A DNA stretch of 59,958 nucleotides from a virus (lineage: Duplodnaviria > Caudoviricetes), in IMG/VR virus record IMGVR_UViG_3300014827_000001, positions 1 to 59,958 of that record; one strand, given 5' to 3'. Position 1 is the stretch's first letter. Each line of letters begins with the position of its first letter. A model generated the notes under the pieces. The model was given only the letters and a program-made list of their open reading frames with translations. It was not told where the DNA came from and did no database searches. Positions 36,536-44,376 of the stretch are shown here, one piece after another. A program made the position numbers and the translations under genes.

Positions 36536-37039
36536 CTAAACAGGGTTTACAACCTGCTGCTCACTCAGCCAGCCCTGCGCGCGGTAATAAGCCTCGAAAT
36601 GGCCGGGGACCACCAGCACGGAATCGTGGCCGAATAATGTCTGTCCACCGGCCTCCAAGGCAATGTCCGTGAGCTGGGAGCAATCCAGTCCGGGGTTACG
36701 CTCCAGCCACTTCACAACGAACCGGGGGATCGGCACACTGAACACCTTGGACGCGAGGAGGCAGATGATCGCGGGGACGTTGTACGGCCTGTCAACCATG
36801 GACCGGGCCTTCATCACGATGGCGTGTGCCTGATCGTCCGTCAGATCAAACCGAGAGACCTCCAGCGAGTGGAAGGTCTTGGGGTCGCGGAGTCGGACCA
36901 GCATCGGCTCAGCAGACACGCACTCGGTCTCGGAGACAAAGACCACGACGTGGCAAGCTGTGGAGTCGGTGGCCCACTCCACAGTCTTGCCCACCCAGTG
37001 TTCGGAGTGGCGAACCAGCCCGATCTGACCGGCCAGCAT
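36536..37039 (-). CDS. Permuted papain-like NlpC/P60 amidase (YaeF/YiiX-like)
   Basis: His (CHVVV) precedes Cys (DCSQL); PYN motif. Confidence 0.7.
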   Translation of the reverse strand: MLAGQIGLVRHSEHWVGKTVEWATDSTACHVVVFVSETECVSAEPMLVRLRDPKTFHSLEVSRFDLTDDQAHAIVMKARSMVDRPYNVPAIICLLASKVFSVPIPRFVVKWLERNPGLDCSQLTDIALEAGGQTLFGHDSVLVVPGHFEAYYRAQGWLSEQQVVNPV

Positions 37040-37042
37040 GGC

Positions 37043-38611
37043 CTAGCCCTTAGCCCCGGAGCGCGCGGCGTCTGTGGCGTCCTTGCGGTGCTGGTTGTCA
37101 CCGTAGGACTTCATGCTGCTGTCTGGCTTCTTGGCCCCGCCCAAGGCCGTCTGGTCAGCTGTCTTCTGGGCTGCTGCCTTCTGCTCAGCAGCCTGCTCAC
37201 CCGCGAGCGTGATGGACAGCAGCAGGTTCTTCATCTGGTCCTCAGTGGGCATCCCGTCATCGGTGTCGATGTCGAACGCCTTCAGGAGCAGTTCACGGAT
37301 TTCCTTATCCGACATGACGTTCAGACCTGCAGCCTGCTGAATGGACTGAATCTGGCGGTAGACGGCTTCCATGGCAATCGGCGGGAAGATCACGTCGATG
37401 TCCGGGTAGCCGAGGTATTCCAGGACACCGGAGAGGAACCTCTTATGCTCATCCTGCCGCGCTTTCATGACCTTCTCGTTGGAGTCCGAAAGGGTCTCAG
37501 CCGAGGAGCGGTTGGCGTCCCCGGCATCAGCGGTCAGTTCGTTCAGGGGCACGTTCAGGCCAGCTGCGACGTAGCCAGCCAGCGGGAGCCCAGCCTTGAA
37601 GTCCACGGAGCCGCCCGTGCGGCCCACCGAGGACAGCGTGGCACCACCAGCGCCGACAAAGGTGCTTCCCACGCCGTTGGACTCGCCCGTGAACGGGTCT
37701 CGGGAGGGCTGTGCGGCCACCTTGGTGGCGACGGCTCCTGCACCCGTGCGGGTGGGGAGTGTGGCCTTGAAAGCGAACTGGGAGTACGCCTTGACCAGCG
37801 TGGCCTGATTCTCCAGGAACTCCTTGTGTGCCTTGGCCCAGAACATGACGGGCATGATGTCAGGCACGCCCCACTTCCAGCCGGTCTGCTTGTTGACCGC
37901 GTGGTGGGCGATGACGGAGTTGTAGTTCACCGGGTAGCCCCGGATCATGCGCGGGCGTCCGCTGGCCTGCATGTCGTAGTCGATGGCCGGGACGTACTCG
38001 ATCACCATGGCGGAGGTCTCAGCCTCGGTGTCGGCACTGTTGACCACCCGGAGCCATTCACGACGGTAGAAGAAGATTTCCTCGTGGTTGTCCGGGTTCG
38101 AGACCGTGCCGGTGATCTGGATCAGGGGGAGCCGCATGAGCCCGCGCTTGGAATAGAACTTGTCCTTGGTGGCCAGCAGGAAGTAGTTGCCGTCCGTGCC
38201 AAGGCAGTCCTCCATCTCGGCGCACGCCTTGGGGGAGATGAGGTACTTCTGGGCATTGGGGGACTTGATGAACTTGTCTTTGAGGTCCAAGCCCTTGAAA
38301 TCGACGCCGCTGCCCCAGATGTACGCCTTGCGGACGGACATGCCACGCTTGACCAGGGGGTTGATGACCAGCAGCGCACGGGTAGTGCGCGCGGTCTTCT
38401 TGATCGTGTACAGGGGAACCTCGGTCATGTCGAGGTCTTCACCCATCGGGTTCCAGCCCTGGTTGTCCAGAGCCAGCACCACGTCGGCCATGTTCTCCTG
38501 AAGGATTTCCATGCCGTTCACGAGAGCGGTGTTTTCCACCTTCAGCTCTTCGAGTTGCGCAGCTGTCTTTGCGTCCAACTCGGCTGAATTGCCGAATCCC
38601 CACTTAGCCAT
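37043..38611 (-). CDS. Portal protein
   Basis: 522 aa directly after terminase; DGNYF, GVPD, D..NRSSAETL. Confidence 0.85.
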   Translation of the reverse strand: MAKWGFGNSAELDAKTAAQLEELKVENTALVNGMEILQENMADVVLALDNQGWNPMGEDLDMTEVPLYTIKKTARTTRALLVINPLVKRGMSVRKAYIWGSGVDFKGLDLKDKFIKSPNAQKYLISPKACAEMEDCLGTDGNYFLLATKDKFYSKRGLMRLPLIQITGTVSNPDNHEEIFFYRREWLRVVNSADTEAETSAMVIEYVPAIDYDMQASGRPRMIRGYPVNYNSVIAHHAVNKQTGWKWGVPDIMPVMFWAKAHKEFLENQATLVKAYSQFAFKATLPTRTGAGAVATKVAAQPSRDPFTGESNGVGSTFVGAGGATLSSVGRTGGSVDFKAGLPLAGYVAAGLNVPLNELTADAGDANRSSAETLSDSNEKVMKARQDEHKRFLSGVLEYLGYPDIDVIFPPIAMEAVYRQIQSIQQAAGLNVMSDKEIRELLLKAFDIDTDDGMPTEDQMKNLLLSITLAGEQAAEQKAAAQKTADQTALGGAKKPDSSMKSYGDNQHRKDATDAARSGAKG

Positions 38612-38673
38612 GAGTCTCCCTTGGTGAATTGATTACTACACAGTCTACCAAGAGTATGAAACTAGTAAGCAGG

Positions 38674-40182
38674 TCACATCGGGCTGATGATTGATTCCAT
38701 TTCGCTGAACATTTCTGCCAGAGATATTTCGTATTCGTCGCCGGGGCGGAGCTTGCTCACCGGGTCCGTGGGGTCGATGGACAAATCCATTGCCGCGTAG
38801 GCTGCGGCGTCGGCAAAGTCAGGGGATTTTCCGGTTTTAGCCCGTATTTCCTCTTTGGACGCCACCTGCAAAACACTGCGGGAGTTCTTGAAGTGATATT
38901 CCAAATCCCCGAGTTCGTCAATCATGTCCCGGTCATCTTCATCAATATCAATTCCACCATTGAGCATTCTTTCCCGAATGGTGTCATACATTTCGGCGCG
39001 GGTATTCAGCCATTTGTCGGGATCGGAGGCATGGGCGTTGCCGATAATACCAATTGTCTCGAAACGGTTCTCGGATTTGTTGGCCACCATTTCATAAACA
39101 CCGGCACCAATTCCCACGCCGTCAATGCGGACCTCATCAACACCTAATTCAAAGGCAATTTGCACAATTCGGGCCGCAGTTTCGGTCAAGGTGGTTTTAT
39201 TCCACTTGTCCACAAACCTCAGGACACCATCCCGATAAACATAAACCACCGAATAGTCGCCACCCATGCGGGCAACGTCCACGCCAAGGCGCGGTTTGGA
39301 CTCCTGCTTGATGGCCAGCTCGGTAACTCGGCCCATCGTCAGTGTGCCCTCGGGGAACAGCGCGTTGGTGCCGTCCATGGAGAACTCGCCCAGCACCTTT
39401 GAGCGGAAGCGTGGGGAATCCTCGCCCCATTTCTTCTTATGCAGCTCGATCCAGTCAAGGGTCACCAAACCACCTGAATGCTCCTCGGGGAAGTCCTCTC
39501 CCGTGATGTTGGGGGAGTCATAAGAGTTGATGGTGATCTTGTGCCATGACGGGTCATTAGTCTTCCAGATTTCCCCGAACGGAGTGTTCACGTCATCTGG
39601 ATTCCCCACTACCAGCGCTGCATCGTACTTACCCGTCGTAATGGCCGCTACAGCGGTAAAGATTGTCTCTGGGATGCCACACCCTTCATCAAGGACGGCG
39701 AGGACGCCTTGGCGTCGATGTTGACCCTGGAATGCATGTTGGTTTGTGTTACTTGGCTTACGGCCCTTGGCGCGTTCGGAGTCATCATCCCCGCGCCAGT
39801 CGTGCTCCAGAGTGATGCGTCCCGGCAGGGGGGTCTTCCGCTGCTTCGCCTTGATGTGGTGATCGCGGAGGTAGCCCCAGATGATATCGAGCTGATCCTG
39901 CACTGGTGCAGATGAGACAGCAAGGGAGTCTACGTTCTTCCGTGTATCAACCCACCAAGCGATAATGACCGACGCGGTAAAAGATTTTCCTACGCCGTGC
40001 CCGGACTTTACAGCGACTCGCCTATATTTGAGCAATGCCTCGGCAATTTCTGCCTGTTTTGCCCAGAGATGATACCCAAGCTTGTCTTTAGCCCACAATT
40101 TGATATCCGTTTTATACCGCTCATTCAGCTCAGCCTGTTCCAATTCCTTGGATGCTTGCCGCATGGCATCGAGAATACTCAT
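38674..40182 (-). CDS. terL: Terminase large subunit
   Basis: Walker A SGHGVGKS, VLDE, GNP, LGVDVAR.G.D, KSPD.ADA. Confidence 0.95.
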   Translation of the reverse strand: MSILDAMRQASKELEQAELNERYKTDIKLWAKDKLGYHLWAKQAEIAEALLKYRRVAVKSGHGVGKSFTASVIIAWWVDTRKNVDSLAVSSAPVQDQLDIIWGYLRDHHIKAKQRKTPLPGRITLEHDWRGDDDSERAKGRKPSNTNQHAFQGQHRRQGVLAVLDEGCGIPETIFTAVAAITTGKYDAALVVGNPDDVNTPFGEIWKTNDPSWHKITINSYDSPNITGEDFPEEHSGGLVTLDWIELHKKKWGEDSPRFRSKVLGEFSMDGTNALFPEGTLTMGRVTELAIKQESKPRLGVDVARMGGDYSVVYVYRDGVLRFVDKWNKTTLTETAARIVQIAFELGVDEVRIDGVGIGAGVYEMVANKSENRFETIGIIGNAHASDPDKWLNTRAEMYDTIRERMLNGGIDIDEDDRDMIDELGDLEYHFKNSRSVLQVASKEEIRAKTGKSPDFADAAAYAAMDLSIDPTDPVSKLRPGDEYEISLAEMFSEMESIISPM

Positions 40183-40409
40183 TAGGCGGGCAAATCCTGC
40201 TTCAGGCGGTAAAGAATTGTGTCAAATGCGGCTTGGTCTTCGTAAATTGCGTAGAATGCGCGCAAAAGGCCAATTACCACCGAATAGTGGGAATCCGTCA
40301 TTGAATACAGCCGGGTCCGAATTGCGGCCCAATCGGGCTCATGGCCGTCATTCTCATAAAAGAGGTCAAGAATTTCAATTACATCCGGGGTATAAAGTGC
40401 TTCGCTCAT
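40182..40409 (-). CDS. Hypothetical protein
   Basis: Coupled on both sides. Confidence 0.65.
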   Translation of the reverse strand: MSEALYTPDVIEILDLFYENDGHEPDWAAIRTRLYSMTDSHYSVVIGLLRAFYAIYEDQAAFDTILYRLKQDLPA

Positions 40410-40951
40410 GATTCTTGAACTTCCTGTGTCAGGACGCGCTGCGCCTCGGCGGTGAACAGTGTGGTCAGAACGCTGGGAGCCAGTTCGCCTTTGATGGCCT
40501 TGATGGTCTTGTGCTTCTCAAAGGCTGCTTCGATGTGCGTGCTCATGGCCGTGGCGAGGGCAAACACGGCTTGAAGAATCAGCTGGGTCTGGGCATTGGT
40601 GATCTGCACCAGCTTGTCCTGAGCGTCCCGCTTCATGTCCTTGTTGATGCCTTGGAGGGCTGCGAGTTCCTTCAACAGCTTGACCACAATCTCGTAGTCC
40701 TCGGCCCTGTCGGCGTATTTCAGTCGGTCATTGACCTTGGTGAGCAGGTTTTCGAGCCGGAGTTCCTGTAGAACGGCCATTTCCTCGGGGGACATAATTG
40801 TCCGGGAGTCTATGAACTCTTTCCAGGTGATGATGACCTGCTCGGGAATCACCCCTAGTTTGACCGATATTTCCTCGAACGTGAATCCTTTGACGCGCAA
40901 GGGGACAATCTGCGCCGTCAGGGCGTCCATTGTATTCGGGGAATCTTCCAT
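40406..40951 (-). CDS. Putative terminase small subunit (HTH)
   Basis: LRVKGFTFEEISVKLG HTH; upstream of terL; apparently leaderless after TAAACT. Confidence 0.65.
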   Translation of the reverse strand: MEDSPNTMDALTAQIVPLRVKGFTFEEISVKLGVIPEQVIITWKEFIDSRTIMSPEEMAVLQELRLENLLTKVNDRLKYADRAEDYEIVVKLLKELAALQGINKDMKRDAQDKLVQITNAQTQLILQAVFALATAMSTHIEAAFEKHKTIKAIKGELAPSVLTTLFTAEAQRVLTQEVQES

Positions 40952-40986
40952 GTCTGTAGTTTAGTACAGAGGCAATTCTGCATAGT

Positions 40987-41027
40987 AAAGCAAAGACCCC
41001 CAAGCGGCGGAAGTCGCTTGGGGGTCT
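40987..41027 (-). terminator. Intrinsic terminator closing the tRNA-like cluster
   Basis: AGACCCCCAAGCG-loop-CGCTTGGGGGTCT-TTGCTTT. Confidence 0.8.
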
Positions 41028-41093
41028 CGCTGAGGTTATCGCCCTCCGGCAAGAGCCATCGATCCAGTCAAGCTGGAGCCTATGCTGCTCTTG

Positions 41094-41157
41094 TGGGGTG
41101 CTGGGACTCGAACCCAGCGAGCTCCTGCCCGGTTATCACACCGTATTCGCTCACCCC
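41094..41157 (-). ncRNA. tRNA-like RNA 1 (reduced, no canonical D or anticodon arm)
   Basis: GGGGTG/CACCCC-A acceptor; CTGGG-TTCGAGT-CCCAG T arm; 64 nt. Confidence 0.6.
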
Positions 41158-41245
41158 TTGGCCCCTGCGTCCGGCCTATACGTTTACCGGCATTAGGTTC
41201 TTCGGGGCTTTTCCCTGAGTTCCTACTTATCGGTCACTCAGGTAG

Positions 41246-41364
41246 TGAAGCCAGCAGGATTCGAACCTGCGAGTTTCCTAACGCTTACACCAAGTCACAT
41301 AGAGGGATATCGCCCTCAGTCCCTGCGCGGTCGTTAGGTGCGTGATGCCCCTCGCCTCAGCTTC
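41246..41364 (-). ncRNA. tRNA-like RNA 2 with ~48-nt insertion in place of anticodon loop
   Basis: GAAGCTG/TGGCTTC-A; CCTAACG/CGTTAGG; GCAGG-TTCGAAT-CCTGC. Confidence 0.65.
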
Positions 41365-41458
41365 TACTATTCAGTTGTATGACCGCTAACGCCTGTTCCC
41401 CTCGGGGGTCGATTGCGCGGTCATCCTCAGATCGAACGTCTGAGAATCCTTTACTACG

Positions 41459-41593
41459 TCGGCTTGCAGGATTTGAACCTGTATCTCTCCCCCGCTGGGA
41501 AGTGTTCTGAACCCGTCCAGCAATTCTCAGACCAGTCCCCGTGCACGGGCGTCCTTTGATATGTAAGGCTACTCCAGATTGAACTATCAGCCG
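41459..41593 (-). ncRNA. tRNA-like RNA 3 with ~60-nt structured D-loop insertion
   Basis: CGGCT/AGCCG-A; TA-GTTC..GAAC D stem; CTTCC/GGGAG; CAGG-TTCAAAT-CCTG. Confidence 0.6.
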
Positions 41594-41613
41594 TTGTTGA
41601 TTGTTTGTTGAAA

Positions 41614-41733
41614 CTAAGCCGCTACTGATTCCTCGGTTGTTTCCGTGGAGAGCCAGTAGTTGGCCCAGATGGTGGCCGCCGCCTGGATGGCATCTGCTCG
41701 GGTTGAAAAGTACTCTCCCTTGTCTCGCCTCAC
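41614..41733 (-). CDS. 39-aa protein divergent from integrase
   Basis: AAGGAG RBS, GTG start; MRRDKGEYFSTRADAIQAAATIWANYWLSTETTEESVAA. Confidence 0.6.
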   Translation of the reverse strand: MRRDKGEYFSTRADAIQAAATIWANYWLSTETTEESVAA

Positions 41734-41771
41734 TGTGTGCTCTCCTTGTATGTGTTTGTTGGTATGAGAAG

Positions 41772-41801
41772 AACTTACAGCACAGATATACAGGGGGTCA
41801 A
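41772..41801 (-). promoter_or_regulatory. SigA-like promoter for small ORF and tRNA-like cluster
   Basis: TTGACC-N18-TAAGTT. Confidence 0.7.
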
Positions 41802-41833
41802 GGGGCTATTGACTACGGATTTAGAATTGGCCC

Positions 41834-43237
41834 ATGAGCAAGCCCAGAGCAGTCGCGTATGTCAGAGTCTCAAAAGAGCGGGACGGGGGCGTGTCCCCGG
41901 AAATCCAGCTGGACTCCATACAGGCACACTGCAAGCGTCTCGGCTACGACATCGTGGAGACACTGGAAGACCTTGACCTCTCGGGCCGGTTCTGGAAGCG
42001 CCGTCAAGTCGAGCAGGCCATTGCCATGATCGAAAACAAGCAGGCCGATGTGCTGGTGGTCTGGAAGATTTCACGGGTGAGTCGCAACCGGATGGACTGG
42101 GCGATTGCCGTTGACCGGGTGGAGAGCATTGGGGGTCGTCTGGAGTCGGCAACGGAGCCGATGGACACCACCACAAGCTCAGGCCGGTTCGCGCGCGGGA
42201 TGCTGGCAGAGCTGGCCGTCTTTGAGTCGGAGCGGATCGGGGACACCTGGAAAGAAACCCACGCGCGCAGGATTCGGAACGGCCTGCCCCACAACGCGCC
42301 CAAACACTTCGGGTACACCTACACCAAGGAGGCCGGATATGCCCCTGACGCGCACGAGGGGGCTGTTCTGCGGCAGTTGTACGTCCGCTACGTCCAAGGG
42401 TCAAGCATGAACGAATTAGGCGCTTACGCGGCCTCTGAGGGCTTCGAGCCGGAGACCGGCTGGCGCAAGGGCACCATCAGGAGATTCTTGGATAAGGGCT
42501 TCGGAGCTGGCTACCTCTGGGTCAAGGGCGAACTCATCCGTGGGGCACACGAAGCAGTGGTCTCCGAGGCCGAATGGATGGCCTACCGGGTCCGCCGTGA
42601 GGAGCGCGGGAGCCGTCCACGGGCCGAGAACTCCCCCTATGCCTACTCCGGTCTCCTGAAATGCCACTGCGGGGGAGTCATGGGAGGCGGGAACAGCAGG
42701 CGCGGGGACAAAATCTACAAGCGGTACGTGTGCCTGCTGGCCGATCAGAAGGGTACACACCCCTACAACACCATCTCGGAGCCGTACGTGGAGGCAGCAG
42801 TGCTCGCGTGGCTGGAATCGGTGGCTGCTGATCTGGACGCAGCTGCATCGACGGTCAAGGCTGAGCCGGTAAGTGTCAACATCCGGGCCAAGTCCTTACA
42901 GATCAAGGCCGATCTGGTCAAGACCAACAACCGGCTGGACGCTCTGACGATCAAGAACCTTGACGGCGAGGTCTCCAATGAGGTCTACACCCGGCTCAAA
43001 GCCAAACTGGAGGCTGACAAGGCCGCTCTGGAGTCCCGGCAGCGACTTGTGGAGGTCAACGCCACGGTTCGGCCCCAGGTGATCGTTCCGGCCCTTTTGG
43101 CAGGCTGGGCGGACGCCCCGGCCCGTGTGAAGCGCGAAACCCTGCGTGCTCTGGGCGTTTCCATCCACCTGAGTGACTGGGAAAACGGCGTAAAGACGGG
43201 GAAACGGACCATTACGGTGCTCGATCCTTGGGTGTAG
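41834..43237 (+). CDS. int: Large serine integrase
   Basis: YVRVS catalytic Ser, SRVSRN, recombinase domain, zinc ribbon (LLKCHCG..YVC), coiled coil. Confidence 0.95.
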   Translation: MSKPRAVAYVRVSKERDGGVSPEIQLDSIQAHCKRLGYDIVETLEDLDLSGRFWKRRQVEQAIAMIENKQADVLVVWKISRVSRNRMDWAIAVDRVESIGGRLESATEPMDTTTSSGRFARGMLAELAVFESERIGDTWKETHARRIRNGLPHNAPKHFGYTYTKEAGYAPDAHEGAVLRQLYVRYVQGSSMNELGAYAASEGFEPETGWRKGTIRRFLDKGFGAGYLWVKGELIRGAHEAVVSEAEWMAYRVRREERGSRPRAENSPYAYSGLLKCHCGGVMGGGNSRRGDKIYKRYVCLLADQKGTHPYNTISEPYVEAAVLAWLESVAADLDAAASTVKAEPVSVNIRAKSLQIKADLVKTNNRLDALTIKNLDGEVSNEVYTRLKAKLEADKAALESRQRLVEVNATVRPQVIVPALLAGWADAPARVKRETLRALGVSIHLSDWENGVKTGKRTITVLDPWV

Positions 43238-43283
43238 TCAGTTAGGGCGCTCTCACGTCCGTTGCTGCTCCCTAACTCACTAC
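43234..43283. other. Candidate attP
   Basis: 50-bp imperfect inverted repeat GTAGTCAGTTAGGG..CCCTAACTCACTAC at the int 3' end. Confidence 0.65.
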
Positions 43284-43369
43284 GGTTTTATAACACTCTA
43301 TAACGCCGTATAACAGATTTTTTATACCGAAATCTAGGGGATTCTAGCGTTTTCCTAGACTTTTTGGGC

Positions 43370-43419
43370 AAAAGAAAACCCCCGCTAGTAGCGCTCCTTG
43401 ACGGGCTTTCTAACGGGGG
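43370..43419 (-). terminator. Terminator-like hairpin A
   Basis: CCCCCG stem followed by TTTTCTTTT on minus strand. Confidence 0.6.
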
Positions 43420-43493
43420 CATTCTCACCTTGCACGGTTGCTCAAGGACTGGCCAGAACTTGAGCTACCTCAACCTACCACGTACTTCACGGC

Positions 43494-43529
43494 AAAAGAA
43501 AGCCCCCTGTTAGCGCAGGGGGCTTTCTC
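43494..43529 (-). terminator. Terminator-like hairpin B
   Basis: AGAAAGCCCCCTG/CAGGGGGCTTTCT plus U tract. Confidence 0.75.
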
Positions 43530-43576
43530 TGGGGGTAGTGCGTTCCTTTTTCGCCGGAATGCTCCGAGTCTATCTC

Positions 43577-43623
43577 AAAAGAAAACCAGCCCCTTACTCG
43601 TGCGGTGAGTAGAGGGGGCTGGT
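43577..43623 (-). terminator. Terminator-like hairpin C
   Basis: ACCAGCCCC/GGGGCTGGT plus TTTCTTTT. Confidence 0.7.
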
Positions 43624-43662
43624 GTATGTCAAAAGTATACCATTATCGGTATGATTTTGACA

Positions 43663-44004
43663 CTATTCGGCTTCCAGGTAGTGCTCTGGCATCCGGGAGA
43701 GGTAGATTCCGCTGTGTTTTCGGAGGAAATCGCGGGTGAAGTGGTCCGGGAGGACCAGATACTCACGTTGGGTGAACTCAGGGACAATCATGATGGTTCC
43801 ACACTCGCCCAGCGTCATCCGATGCCATGCTGTGCTGGCTCTGACCCGCTCGCTGAGGGCAAAAGTCAGCTCTTCTGCGTACCAGAGCCGTTCACCACGC
43901 CTCGAATAGCGTGGTTTGAGGTCCGTGCGGTGGCCGGTGGCATCTCGTGGATGTCCACCGGCATCAACCAGCACCGGACTATGGCCCTTCTTAAGCCGCT
44001 TCAT
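43663..44004 (-). CDS. Hypothetical protein
   Basis: 113 aa; TAAAAT box 6 nt upstream suggests leaderless start. Confidence 0.55.
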   Translation of the reverse strand: MKRLKKGHSPVLVDAGGHPRDATGHRTDLKPRYSRRGERLWYAEELTFALSERVRASTAWHRMTLGECGTIMIVPEFTQREYLVLPDHFTRDFLRKHSGIYLSRMPEHYLEAE

Positions 44005-44158
44005 GCTCCAATTTTACCGGGATTTCGGCCTCAATAACAGCTTTTAGAGCCTCATTATCGAGGTCTTCCAGGTCTTTTATGGTGAGCGCTTTGTGGATTG
44101 GCACCCGTTTCAGGGCTTCAAGGAACTGCAGCTGGTTGATGGTCAGCGTAAATTCCAT
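43991..44158 (-). CDS. Hypothetical protein (55 aa)
   Basis: MEFTLTINQLQFLEAL...KLEHEAA; fills gap; GGAGG upstream. Confidence 0.5.
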   Translation of the reverse strand: MEFTLTINQLQFLEALKRVPIHKALTIKDLEDLDNEALKAVIEAEIPVKLEHEAA

Positions 44159-44376
44159 GGCAAATCCTCCCTGAGTGTGCCAGCATCGATTTTCCAGAGC
44201 AATTCCCAGCCCTTGGTGTCAATCCATCGGTAGGCCATGCAGGGCACGTCCAGCTCATTGGACTGGAGCCGGAACAGGACAGCCTTTTTGGCATCCCCGA
44301 GGGTCAGGTGTGGCTTATTCTTGGGATTCCTGCCCGGAATGATCGTCATGTACGGGGCATCCGTGGGGGCGCTCAT
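44143..44376 (-). CDS. Hypothetical protein
   Basis: ATGA-coupled. Confidence 0.65.
   Translation of the reverse strand: MSAPTDAPYMTIIPGRNPKNKPHLTLGDAKKAVLFRLQSNELDVPCMAYRWIDTKGWELLWKIDAGTLREDLPWNLR

Noticed and set aside
36824-38587. 587-aa plus-strand ORF
   Set aside because: Antisense shadow of the portal gene caused by GC3 bias; no RBS or motifs
41158-41245. Twister, hammerhead or HDV-like (theta) ribozyme in the spacer
   Set aside because: AATGCCGGT..CCGG recalls twister, but the conserved core and pseudoknot residues could not be matched by eye; needs Infernal
41094-41593. Canonical decoding tRNAs
   Set aside because: None has a normal 7-nt anticodon loop together with a standard D arm, so no anticodon can be assigned
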